64,000 bases of DNA from Myxococcota bacterium (GTDB lineage: Bacteria; Myxococcota_A; UBA796; CAJQPC01), in contig DASCPX010000027.1 of NCBI GenBank assembly GCA_036012755.1, positions 288,001 to 352,000 on the forward strand. The letters are read 5' to 3'. This document shows positions 51,447-60,932 of the stretch, in pieces. Made by a program: the position numbers and the translations under genes. The notes beneath the pieces are model-generated. The model was given only the letters and a program-made list of their open reading frames with translations, did not search any database and had not been told where the DNA came from. The first letter of the stretch is position 1. Every line of letters begins with the position of its first letter.

Positions 51447-51513
51447 GCCGACGTCACTCGGGCTGGCGCCAGCCCAGCGTCGACAGCCCCAGATCGAAGC
51501 CGAGGTCCGAGCT
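51447..51513. repeat. Repeat B copy 2
   Basis: Identical to 50039-50105; contains the stop codon of the lamin-tail gene. Confidence 0.93.
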
Positions 51514-52566
51514 CGTGGCCGCGGCCTGGTGGACCTCGACCGCGATGACGTTCTCACCCTCGACCAGGGAGCCGTCTGGCAGGGAGTACGTCGAGATCGC
51601 AGACTCGGCCGCGTCATCGACCGCCTCCACCGCCCAGGTCAGGTGGCTGACTTCACCCTCTGGGAGGTTGACCCGCACAGCCTCCTCGCCGTTGACCCAG
51701 ACCAGGGCGCCGTCGTCGACGTTCAGATCGATGCTCCCGCCCTCGACCTCGCCGAGCTCGACGAGGCGGCGGAAGTAGATGGTGGGGGTCCGGTCTCCCT
51801 CGGGGCCGCTGGCGACCGTCGTGGTCCGGGTGGGCTCGCCGAAGCCGAAGTCCCCCTCGCCAGTCGACCACTCCGAGGCGTCGTAGTCGGTCCCGCTCCA
51901 ACCAAAGGGCGCCTCGCCGGCGTCCCACCAGCTCCATGTCGAGCCGAGCGGGAAGACCTCTGTCTCGACCAGGGTGTCGTTGGTCTCGCCGGGGGTGCCA
52001 CGGAAGACGAAGTCCAGGCAGCCCTCGCCGCTGCAGCAGTCGGAGACCCGGGACACGCTGAAGTCCGACTCGACGTGGCCATAGTGGATGATCTGGCCTC
52101 GACCGTCCGGGTGCCAGATCGCTACGTCTCCACCGTCGGAGGAGAGAGCGAATGGCATGTGGTCGTCGCCGCTGTCCGTGAGCCCGTCGGCGTAGAGCAG
52201 CGTGAAGCCCCCCGCGGCCACGTAGACGTCCCCGAGCACGTGAGGGAGCTCCTCGTCGATGTCGTCGGAGATGGCCCAACCGCTCAGCGCGATGTACTCG
52301 TCGGTGGGGTTGTGCAGCTCGATCCAGTCCGGCGTGCTGCCGTCTTCGGCGATGAGCACGGACTCGTTGTCCGCCATGAACTCGTTGATGCACAGCGGCA
52401 AGGGCTCCGGCGGCGGGTCCGAGTCCACCGGCGTGGAGTCCACCGGCGTGGAGTCCACCGGCGCGCTGTCGGTGGAGTCCAGCGTCGCCGAGTCGGACCC
52501 CTCGATGGGCCGGAAGTTGTCGACCGGCGTCTCCGGAGGCGTACAAGCCAGGATCAGAAGCCCCAG
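51454..52566 (-). CDS. Lamin-tail-domain lipoprotein with C-terminal beta-sandwich
   Basis: INEFMADN, DWIELHN, FALSSDGG; DDGALVWVNG...GENVIAVEVHQ; start unclear (CTG near 52566). Confidence 0.8.
   Translation of the reverse strand: MGLLILACTPPETPVDNFRPIEGSDSATLDSTDSAPVDSTPVDSTPVDSDPPPEPLPLCINEFMADNESVLIAEDGSTPDWIELHNPTDEYIALSGWAISDDIDEELPHVLGDVYVAAGGFTLLYADGLTDSGDDHMPFALSSDGGDVAIWHPDGRGQIIHYGHVESDFSVSRVSDCCSGEGCLDFVFRGTPGETNDTLVETEVFPLGSTWSWWDAGEAPFGWSGTDYDASEWSTGEGDFGFGEPTRTTTVASGPEGDRTPTIYFRRLVELGEVEGGSIDLNVDDGALVWVNGEEAVRVNLPEGEVSHLTWAVEAVDDAAESAISTYSLPDGSLVEGENVIAVEVHQAAATSSDLGFDLGLSTLGWRQPE
52421..52465 (-). repeat. 15-bp tandem repeat (PVDST x3)
   Basis: gagtccaccggcgtg repeated. Confidence 0.8.
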
Positions 52567-53846
52567 AATGCCTCCATGGTGGCGTTCTGGCTCTCGAGCC
52601 AGGCACGCACACGGGCCTGCTCTGAGCGGGCCGAGTCGACCGAGCACTCCCGCCGGGGATCCGATGCGATGTCGGCCACGATGAGCGGGACCATCTCGTC
52701 CATGTGGCCGACGAGGTCCGTGGACTCGGCGATGCCCAGCAGCTCCTTCGAGGCCTGCCGGCGCTCCGAGTAGCAGGCCGAGTCCACCATGCACCAGTAG
52801 GCGAGGTGGCCGGTGGGCGAGGACCACGAGCGCCCCCACGAGTAGTCGTAGAGAAAGCTGTAGTCGAGGTCCCAGGGGACGAACTCGAGCTTCCCGTCCA
52901 TGGGGTCGAAGTAGAGGCGGTAGTTGTTCCGGTTCAGGCCATAGCCATCGTTCTGGCCGACCCACTGCTCCACCGCCTGGAACATCAGGAACTGCTCCCA
53001 GTCCACCAGCGCGTCCATCTCCCCGAAGAACCCGGCGGTGCCCTTGTGAGCCGTCAGCGCCTGCGAGACCGCCATTACGTCAGCGTGCCCTACGTCGGTG
53101 CCCTCCTCGAGCTGGAAGAGCGTGTCCACCCCCAACATGAAGTCCAACAGGACGTAGCTGTAGCCCCCGTACCAGACGTACTTGCCGTCGTAGAGGTTGC
53201 CGCTGGAGTCCTCCTGGGTGCGGTCCAGGAAGCGGTCGTCCGGCGTCTCGATGATGATGTACAGCCCGTAGTCTCCGCCGTTGAGGGAGACCCGCGCGAA
53301 GGAAGTGCGGGGGGCCGCGATGCCCGCCTCGCGGAAGAGCCTGTAGGACAGGTTCTCCTTGACGAACGAGCAGTCGATGACACCCCCGGCGTTGAGGCTC
53401 AGCCCCTCGAGCCCGAAAAAGCGCTGGTCCTCGACGAACTGGTTGAAGTCCAACTTGAACTTGGGCTTCCCCGACAGTGGACGCAGCGACCCGATCTTGC
53501 CTCGAATCCGGACACCGACATCTTCGATGGTGTACTCGTCGAACTCGACGGTGGCCTCCACGTAGCTGAAGGGCTCCGTGATCAGCCCATCGGTCGAGCT
53601 CGTGGGCAGCTCGATCGAGATGGTGTGGATGACCCCGTCGTCGAAGATCCACGAGGTGTCGACCTCCTGGTCTGGCACGGTCTCCTCTGTGACCTCGGGT
53701 GGCTCCGGCTCGGCTGGCTCGCTGTCCTCTGGCGCCTCGCTGTCGGGGGGACTCGACTCCACGGGGGCCTCGGCCTCCGAGTCCACCGACACGGGATCCG
53801 CGGGGGTCGAGCCCGGGTCCGTGCAAGCCAGGAGGAGGGGGAGCAT
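52554..53846 (-). CDS. CotH-family kinase lipoprotein
   Basis: MLPLLLAC; VGVRIRG, KPKFKLDF, GNLY, DGY..NRNNY, VPWDLDYSF. Confidence 0.88.
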   Translation of the reverse strand: MLPLLLACTDPGSTPADPVSVDSEAEAPVESSPPDSEAPEDSEPAEPEPPEVTEETVPDQEVDTSWIFDDGVIHTISIELPTSSTDGLITEPFSYVEATVEFDEYTIEDVGVRIRGKIGSLRPLSGKPKFKLDFNQFVEDQRFFGLEGLSLNAGGVIDCSFVKENLSYRLFREAGIAAPRTSFARVSLNGGDYGLYIIIETPDDRFLDRTQEDSSGNLYDGKYVWYGGYSYVLLDFMLGVDTLFQLEEGTDVGHADVMAVSQALTAHKGTAGFFGEMDALVDWEQFLMFQAVEQWVGQNDGYGLNRNNYRLYFDPMDGKLEFVPWDLDYSFLYDYSWGRSWSSPTGHLAYWCMVDSACYSERRQASKELLGIAESTDLVGHMDEMVPLIVADIASDPRRECSVDSARSEQARVRAWLESQNATMEAFWGF

Positions 53847-53895
53847 GCAGTGAGCATACCGGCCTGTCCTTCCACCTGTGCGCTTTCGACCCTGT

Positions 53896-54687
53896 TCAGC
53901 GAGCGGGCGGCCGCCGGTCCTCGCGCCAGTCGTGGCCTGCAACGCGGCCCACGCAGGCCGCCATCGCGGAGACGTGCTCCACGCCGTCGATGCCGGTGAG
54001 CTCGTGGACAAGGTCGTCGTGCCAGGCGCCGACACAGCAGACCCCGAGCCCCAGGGCAGTAGCCACGAGGTTGAGGTTCTCGGAGATGTGTCCGGCGTCC
54101 CACCAGACGTAGCGGTAGGCGCGCTCGTGGTACTTCGCCCGAGTCCGCTCCAGCACCGCCGTCCAGAGGAAGTTCACGGCCGCGGTGCGCGCCATCTCCT
54201 GACCCAGGAGCGCCTTGGTCGCCGCCCCGGACAGGTCTCCGAGCTCCAGCCCCTCCAGGGCCCAGCCCTTCACGTCGAGGTGGTACAGCCCGGGCTCCAT
54301 GCCCTCGACGCGGTTCACGACCAGGTAGGTCTCGACCGGGTACAGGGCTCCCGCGGAGGGAGCGGTTCGGAGCTGGTAGTCCCCCATGTCCGCGGTGACT
54401 CCCTGGGAGCCCCAGAGCAGGAGGTTCAGCTCCTGGAGCGTCAGCGGCTCCGGCAGGAAGTTCCTCTTCGAGCGCCGCGCTCCGAGGACGGACCAGAGGT
54501 CGGGGCACTCCGGGAAGACCGGCGGACCCAGCTCCACCCTGCAGACGGCGTCCGGGAACACGAGGTAGGTCTCGGGGCGATTCGCCCGGTCGTAGCTCCG
54601 GCGCTTCTGCGCCTCCTGCAACTCCCCTGGGGAGTACGAAGTCGCAAGCATGAACTCGGCGCAGATCCGTCGCCACTGGGGGTGCAC
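53896..54687 (-). CDS. SagB/ThcOx-like nitroreductase
   Basis: RRSKRNF, RTAPSAGALYPVE, DAGHISENL. Confidence 0.9.
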   Translation of the reverse strand: MHPQWRRICAEFMLATSYSPGELQEAQKRRSYDRANRPETYLVFPDAVCRVELGPPVFPECPDLWSVLGARRSKRNFLPEPLTLQELNLLLWGSQGVTADMGDYQLRTAPSAGALYPVETYLVVNRVEGMEPGLYHLDVKGWALEGLELGDLSGAATKALLGQEMARTAAVNFLWTAVLERTRAKYHERAYRYVWWDAGHISENLNLVATALGLGVCCVGAWHDDLVHELTGIDGVEHVSAMAACVGRVAGHDWREDRRPPAR

Positions 54688-54725
54688 GGCGGCCCTCCTT
54701 TCGGGGAGCCACCGTACCAGGGCGC

Positions 54726-55229
54726 CTACTCCGTCTTCTCTTCCGCTGGCGCCTCGCCCTCACCTTCGGCGGCGTGGCCAGACATGGACATCGCTCCGGT
54801 GAGGCCCGCGCAGGCATCGAGCAGGCCGTGCTTGTCGACGGCGGCGCCGAGCAGGCCCGCCTTGTCCTCTGCGGCGGCGTGGGCGATCTCGCCCAGGACA
54901 CCGACCTCCATGGAGAGGCCCTTCGCCTCGAGGTCGGCCTTGGCCTTCTCGACGAAAGCTGCGTCGACGGCCTCTGCCGTGCCGTCCTCTCCGGCCTCGT
55001 CCTTGGCAGCCTGCCAGGCGGCACACGCGATCTCGAGGGCCTCCTTCTCCTTGGCGTCGTTGTCGGCCGACGCGCCCTCTGTCGCCTCGGACGGGGCGGG
55101 TGCCTCCGGCGGGGTGGGGACCTCTGGCGCGGCCTCGGGCGCGGCGGGGGCCTCTGGCTCGGTGGGGGCGTCCTCGTCGCCACAAGCGACCAGCGCGGAC
55201 AGACCCAGCATCAGGACAACACATCTCAT
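54726..55229 (-). CDS. Hypothetical Ala/Glu/Pro-rich lipoprotein
   Basis: MRCVVLMLGLSALVAC; PEA linker; helical domain. Confidence 0.7.
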   Translation of the reverse strand: MRCVVLMLGLSALVACGDEDAPTEPEAPAAPEAAPEVPTPPEAPAPSEATEGASADNDAKEKEALEIACAAWQAAKDEAGEDGTAEAVDAAFVEKAKADLEAKGLSMEVGVLGEIAHAAAEDKAGLLGAAVDKHGLLDACAGLTGAMSMSGHAAEGEGEAPAEEKTE

Positions 55230-55293
55230 TCGTTCATTCCTCGGCAAGGAGGGGGACTCTAGCACGATCGCAGAGTCGCCTGGGCCGTCCGCC

Positions 55294-57021
55294 TCAGAGG
55301 TTGTCCCACCGGTACCCGTTCACGGCGAGGGCGTCGTCGGCCAGGGCCTTGATCAGGTCGTCGTCGTTCAGATCGATGTGGGCGAAGTTCCCCTTCACCC
55401 TCTCCAGCGCCTGGCCGGAGAATGCCCGCAGGATCTGCAGCTCCGTCGCGCAGGCTTCTGCGCTGGTCTCGCTGATGGCCGTGCTCACGCGGCTGAGCAC
55501 GGCGGCGAGCACGAACAGGTCGATCATGATGTCGGCCAGGCGCTTCGAGGCGAACTGCTTGCCGATGATGTTCTTGCCGTGCTTGCGCAGGATGCGGTCG
55601 ACGGCGACGCCGAGGTGCCGCGTCGCGTCCTCGAATCCGGCGGCGGGGCTGGCGACCTCTGGCACCAGCTTCGTCCAGCCGCGGCTCCCCAGGCCCGCGA
55701 GGCTGGCGCGTTTGCGTGCGTAGCCGCCGAAGACGCCGAAGCCCTTGATCGGGTCGTCGAAGACGCCGCGCAGGCTCGTCTGGAGCTCGCGCAGCTCGTT
55801 GCCGACATCTCGCATGGCGGTGAGCGCCACGAACAGCCGCAGGACCTCGTTGGTGCCCTCGAAGATGCGGTTCACGCGGCAGTCCCGGACAGTGCGCTCG
55901 TAGCTGTACTCGCACATGTAGCCGTTGCCGCCAGCGATCTGGAGGGCCTCGTCCGCGCTCCTCCAGAGGGCCTCGCTCGCGAAGATCTTGGAGATGGCGG
56001 CCTCTACCGCGTAGTCGTCCACCCCTCCGTCGATCAGTCCGTTGACGGCGTTGACGACGCTCTCCGAGGCGTAGCAGTCGATCACCATCTGGCCGAGCTT
56101 CTGCTTGACCAGGCCGAACTCGGAGATCGGCCTGCCGAACTGCTCCCGCTCGCCTGCCTGCCGGGTGGCTTGCTCGATGAGCTTCTTCATCGCTCCGACG
56201 CAGCCACCGCCGAGCCCGGTGCGCCCGCTGTTGAGGATCTTCATGGCGATCTTGAAGCCCTTGTGCTCCTCGCCGAGCAGCGCGTCGGGCTCCAGGCGCA
56301 CGTTGTCGAAGAAGACCGAGGTGGTGGAGGAGGCTCTCAGGCCCATCTTGTCCTCGTGAGGTCCGACGCTGACCCCTTCCTGGTCGGAGCGCACGATGAA
56401 GGCGCTCATGCCGCGGCGTTCGTCGGCCAGCCCGGTCTTGGCGAAGACCGTGAAGAACTGGGCGATGCCGCCGTTGGTGATCCACAGCTTGGAGCCGTTG
56501 AGGACCCAGCCTTCGCCGTCGCGCTCGGCGGTCGTGCGCAGGCTGGCGGCGTCCGAGCCGGCCCCCGGCTCGGTGAGGCAGAAGGCCGCGATCATCTCGC
56601 CGGTGGCGAGCGAGGGCAGGTAGCGGGCCTTCTGCTCGTCCGTGCCGAAGAGCAACAGCCCCCGCATGCCGATGGAGCTGTGGGCGCCGATGGTGACGGC
56701 CACCGAGGCGTCGTGTCGGGAGAGCTGCTGCAGAGTGCGCGAGTAGGCGGTGGCGCCGAAGCCGAGGCCGCCGTCTTCCTCTGGGATGATCAGGCTGAAG
56801 AGGCCGAACTCCTTGAGCTCGTCGAGGAACCCAGGCGGCAGCTCCCCTGCCCGGTCCCAGGCGCGGAAGTCCTCGCCGCGAGAGCCGAGCAGGTCGTCGA
56901 TGGACTCGGCGACTGCCGCCACGGTCTCCCGCTCCGTCTCGGCCATCGAGCGGAAGGGGATCAGCTGGTCCTCTTCGATCCGTCCCATGCACAAGCCACG
57001 AATAAAGCCGCTGTCCGACAT
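55294..57021 (-). CDS. Acyl-CoA dehydrogenase (long ACAD9/VLCAD-like)
   Basis: FCLTEPGAGSDA, GSKLWITNG, KMGLRAS, RIFEGTNE, C-terminal extension. Confidence 0.93.
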   Translation of the reverse strand: MSDSGFIRGLCMGRIEEDQLIPFRSMAETERETVAAVAESIDDLLGSRGEDFRAWDRAGELPPGFLDELKEFGLFSLIIPEEDGGLGFGATAYSRTLQQLSRHDASVAVTIGAHSSIGMRGLLLFGTDEQKARYLPSLATGEMIAAFCLTEPGAGSDAASLRTTAERDGEGWVLNGSKLWITNGGIAQFFTVFAKTGLADERRGMSAFIVRSDQEGVSVGPHEDKMGLRASSTTSVFFDNVRLEPDALLGEEHKGFKIAMKILNSGRTGLGGGCVGAMKKLIEQATRQAGEREQFGRPISEFGLVKQKLGQMVIDCYASESVVNAVNGLIDGGVDDYAVEAAISKIFASEALWRSADEALQIAGGNGYMCEYSYERTVRDCRVNRIFEGTNEVLRLFVALTAMRDVGNELRELQTSLRGVFDDPIKGFGVFGGYARKRASLAGLGSRGWTKLVPEVASPAAGFEDATRHLGVAVDRILRKHGKNIIGKQFASKRLADIMIDLFVLAAVLSRVSTAISETSAEACATELQILRAFSGQALERVKGNFAHIDLNDDDLIKALADDALAVNGYRWDNL

Positions 57022-57072
57022 CTCGGCACCTCCGAGGGAGCCATAGCCGGATTGGCTCGTCCGCCCAGGGTT

Positions 57073-57450
57073 TCAGTCGATGGCGTGGCGCTTCATGAGC
57101 TCCCAGAGGTGCTTGCGGACGTTGCCCGGCCAGGGATGCTCCTCGAGCATCGCGAGGGCCTCTGGGCTGAGGTCCCTGGGGGTCTCGGGGGAGCGCTCCC
57201 TCAGGGCCGCGAGGAAGCACCGCGCCAGGGGCGCGATGTCCTCCGTGCGCTCCCGGAGCGGGGGCACCAGGACCTCGAAGGCTGCGAGCCGGTAGAGCAG
57301 GTCCGCCCGGAATCGGCCGGCTGCGACCTCCTTCCGCAGGTCGCGGTTCGAGGCAGCGATGAAGCGGACATCTACCTCGATGGTCGCGTCAGCCCCGACC
57401 GGGAGCACCTCGCGACTCTCGAGGACACGCAGGAGTCGGGCCTGGGGGGC
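57073..57450 (-). pseudogene. Fragment of sigma-54-dependent (NtrC-type) activator
   Basis: [40 protein letters not shown] joined directly to an HTH tail; Walker A and GAFTGA absent. Confidence 0.85.
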
Positions 57451-57467
57451 CTCTTCGACAGCGCCTG

Positions 57468-57667
57468 GTGAGCCAGCGAGATGCGGGCCAGCGTGCCCTC
57501 CATGCCATCCGCCCTCGAGCCCAGGCTGAGCTCCCCGCCGAGGGCGTCCACGATCGAGCGGGACACCGCGAGACCCAGCCCAGTCCCCTGCCCTGTGTCC
57601 AGGGTGGTGAAGAAGGGCTCGAAGACCCGGTCACGGATCCCCGGGGGAATGCCGGGGCCGTCGGCCA
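57468..57667 (-). pseudogene. Fragment of histidine kinase HATPase domain
   Basis: [26 protein letters not shown]; no H box, N box or start. Confidence 0.85.
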
Positions 57668-57671
57668 GGGA

Positions 57672-58238
57672 GAGCTCACCTGCGAGACCGACCCCTGCGG
57701 CGCTGACGCGGTCTGCAACGACCTCGACGCTGGCGACTACGAGTGCACCTGCGCGACGGGCTTCTCCGGAGACGGCTTCGACTGCTGCGCTGACGACGAC
57801 GGCGACGAGACCTGCAACGACCTCGACAACTGCGTCTCCGATGCCAACCCCTCCCAGGACGACTTCAACTCCGACGGGACCGGCGACGCCTGCGACTCGA
57901 TCGTGATCATGCTGTCCGACCTCACCACCACCGCGCAGTTCTACGAGTACGAGGCGGTGTCCGCCACGGTCCACTACTTCGCGCTCCTCGACGAAGGCGG
58001 CGAGCCACACGTCGCAGTCGACGCTTGCGATGTCTGCTACGGAGCCAAGAAAGGCTACCGGCAGGACGGCGACGAGATGGTCTGCAACAACTGCGGCCTC
58101 ACATTCGACATCGACGGCATCGGCTCCGAGAACCGGACCGGTGGCTGCAACCCCGGCTACATCCCGATCGAGATCACCGCCGAGTCCGTCATCATCGAGC
58201 CAGAGGCCCTCGAGGCCGCGAGCTGGTACTTCGAGTAG
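57672..58238 (+). CDS. DUF2318/FtrD-like Fe-S protein with EGF-like and TSP3-like repeats, 5' truncated
   Basis: [13 protein letters not shown] (EGF-like), DNC....[14 protein letters not shown] (TSP3-like), [25 protein letters not shown]; no credible start. Confidence 0.7.
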   Translation, partial: ELTCETDPCGADAVCNDLDAGDYECTCATGFSGDGFDCCADDDGDETCNDLDNCVSDANPSQDDFNSDGTGDACDSIVIMLSDLTTTAQFYEYEAVSATVHYFALLDEGGEPHVAVDACDVCYGAKKGYRQDGDEMVCNNCGLTFDIDGIGSENRTGGCNPGYIPIEITAESVIIEPEALEAASWYFE

Positions 58239-58241
58239 GTC

Positions 58242-58838
<597 letters not shown>

Positions 58839-58841
58839 GCC

Positions 58842-60932
58842 TCAGTAGCTCTCGCTCGCGCTGCCCCCGTCGCGGTCTCCGAAGTCCCACCCGTAGCGCT
58901 CCGCCACTGCCGCCCCGTAGTCCCTGCGGACCACCGTCGCGGTGACGGTCAGCCCCGCGGTAGAGGGGAAGCGGTGCTCGCTCGTGGCGCTGGAGAAGGC
59001 GGCGATGCGGTTGTCGCTGGCGACGTCGAGGGCCCTGTAGTGGGCCACGCCCCGGCGGCCCTCGCTGTCGACGAGGACCTTTGCGTAGAGCCAACCCGGC
59101 GCGCCGGCGTGGTGCCCCTCGGCGCAGAGGAAGACGACATCGCCGCGACGTGTCTCCGGGGGCTGCGAGGCGAGGATTGCCGAGTCCCCGGTGATGGAGC
59201 TCAGCTCGACCTCGCCGAGGAACTCGTAGACAGGCAGGCCCTTTTCTGCGGCCGTGGCCTCGGCGAACGAGGTCGTGCCAGGCCCTGAGTAGTCGGTCCA
59301 CTCCCCGGTCGGGCGGACGAAGCGGGCGATCAGCGCCCCCTCCAGCTCCTGGCCCGAGAGCTCCAGGTCCAGCTCCGAGACAGACGCGTCAGCGCCGATG
59401 GTCCCCATCGCCAGGTAGCCGCCGACGTCCGGAACGACCTGGCCACCTGTGGCTTCTACCGGCTGTCCGTCAGCGTCCAGGGCGCTCACGAGGACGATGA
59501 TCTGCCTCAGCGGCTCCCCGGTCGGCACTGCGTGTGCGGCCCGATTCGTCAGCTCGACCGTCGCGCGGAGCTCGCCATCCTGCTCTTCGAGGGAGAGCAG
59601 GAGGTAGGGATCGCCGAGGTCATCGGCGCGGGGGAAGTGATGGTGCCGGACCTCTCCCGCCTCGCGCAGCCAGCCCTGGGTGGTCGAGGGGATCTGGCCC
59701 CGGTCGACGATGTCGTAGGTCGAGCTCGGGAGCTCCAGCGTCGGCATGTGGCAGCCCTGACAGGAGAAGCCGGCCTCTGTGGAGCCCGCCGCTTCGAACT
59801 CGGAGAAGGTCTCCAACACGGGCAGCCCATCGGGCCAGCGTTCGGAGTCCAGCTCCTCGCCGGGTCCCAGCGCCGGCTGGTAGTACTCGTGGCAGGCGGA
59901 GCAGAAGCGCGCCTCGCGGAACAGGGGGTTGTAGCTCCCGTTCATGATCGGCACGACCACGTCGGGGTAGGGGCCGAAGATGATTGGGTCGAACTCCTGG
60001 CCGCCGATGCGCGACTCCTCGCTGGGGCGCTCGAGCTGGATCGCCCCGTCGAGTCCAGGGGCGGGACCGGCGACGACGGAGCGGATCTTGTGGCAGAAGT
60101 CGCAGGTGACCCCCTCGTGAGCCACTCCGGTCGAGGCGGCGAAGTCGATCGACCCGGGCGTGCCGCCGTCGGTGGCGGGGGTGTGGCAGTCGCCGCAGCT
60201 GCCGAAAGCGGTGAGGGTGTCCCGTCGATCCGGGTGGTCGCAGGCCGGTCCACAGCCCTCGTTCAGCCAAGGAAGCACGCCCTCGCCGAGGTAGCAGTAC
60301 TCCGCGACGGTCCCCTCCTCTCCTGGCAGCTGGCCCTCTGCCAGGCTCCCGCCAAGGGCGTCGCAGTCGTCTGTCTCGGAGGCCCGCCCGGTGTAGATGT
60401 CCCACACCTGTGGGTCCGAGGCGGCCTTGGCGTGGGTGGAGTCCGCCCAGTCCCCGGCGATGTCCCAGTGGCAGTGTCCGCAGTAGCTCGTGTCGGGGCT
60501 CTTGATGTCCCCACCCTTCTGGAAGGGGTAGTCGACGTTGTCGACTCCCAGCAACGGCCGCATCGTGATGGTCAGCGGGCCTGTGGGATCCTCCTCGGGC
60601 ACGGCCACGGACCCGCTGATCCAGCCCTCCTTGCCGGCCAGCAGGTGACGCTCGGTGATGCCGTCGTCGTCTACCTCCAGGGTAGCCAGACCCTCTGCAT
60701 CGGTGGTCACCCAGCGGTCCTCGGGCCAGCCCCCGACCATGGCCACGGCTCCCTCCACGACAGCGCCGTCGGGGTCCACGACCACCACCGTCGCGGCGCC
60801 GGTCCAGCGCTGCGCCTCGATCTCGCTGTCGTCGACGGAGCTCTCGGCCCGGCTCTCGGTCGAGCTCTCGTCAGGCGCGCTGTCAGCTCCCCGGCCGTTG
60901 CAGGCGAGGCAGAACAAAAGCGGCGTGATCAA
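58842..60932 (-). CDS. Multiheme c-type cytochrome lipoprotein (5 CxxCH)
   Basis: CGHCH, CGDCH, CDFCH, CSACH, CQGCH; CLAC lipobox; TTG start overlapping upstream TGA. Confidence 0.85.
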   Translation of the reverse strand: MITPLLFCLACNGRGADSAPDESSTESRAESSVDDSEIEAQRWTGAATVVVVDPDGAVVEGAVAMVGGWPEDRWVTTDAEGLATLEVDDDGITERHLLAGKEGWISGSVAVPEEDPTGPLTITMRPLLGVDNVDYPFQKGGDIKSPDTSYCGHCHWDIAGDWADSTHAKAASDPQVWDIYTGRASETDDCDALGGSLAEGQLPGEEGTVAEYCYLGEGVLPWLNEGCGPACDHPDRRDTLTAFGSCGDCHTPATDGGTPGSIDFAASTGVAHEGVTCDFCHKIRSVVAGPAPGLDGAIQLERPSEESRIGGQEFDPIIFGPYPDVVVPIMNGSYNPLFREARFCSACHEYYQPALGPGEELDSERWPDGLPVLETFSEFEAAGSTEAGFSCQGCHMPTLELPSSTYDIVDRGQIPSTTQGWLREAGEVRHHHFPRADDLGDPYLLLSLEEQDGELRATVELTNRAAHAVPTGEPLRQIIVLVSALDADGQPVEATGGQVVPDVGGYLAMGTIGADASVSELDLELSGQELEGALIARFVRPTGEWTDYSGPGTTSFAEATAAEKGLPVYEFLGEVELSSITGDSAILASQPPETRRGDVVFLCAEGHHAGAPGWLYAKVLVDSEGRRGVAHYRALDVASDNRIAAFSSATSEHRFPSTAGLTVTATVVRRDYGAAVAERYGWDFGDRDGGSASESY

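Noticed and set aside
47911..51513. CRISPR array or integron cassette array
   Set aside because: Only two copies of each repeat, no regular spacers, no cas or intI gene, no attC-like structure recognised
53896..54687. SagB-like gene as a thiazole/oxazole RiPP cluster
   Set aside because: No YcaO, E1-like protein, precursor peptide or transporter nearby; stand-alone nitroreductase
53878..57471. 1197-aa plus-strand ORF
   Set aside because: Shadow of the nitroreductase, lipoprotein, acyl-CoA dehydrogenase and activator fragment on the minus strand
57468..57671. N-terminus of the 256-aa plus-strand ORF
   Set aside because: It is the reverse complement of the histidine kinase fragment, not a signal peptide
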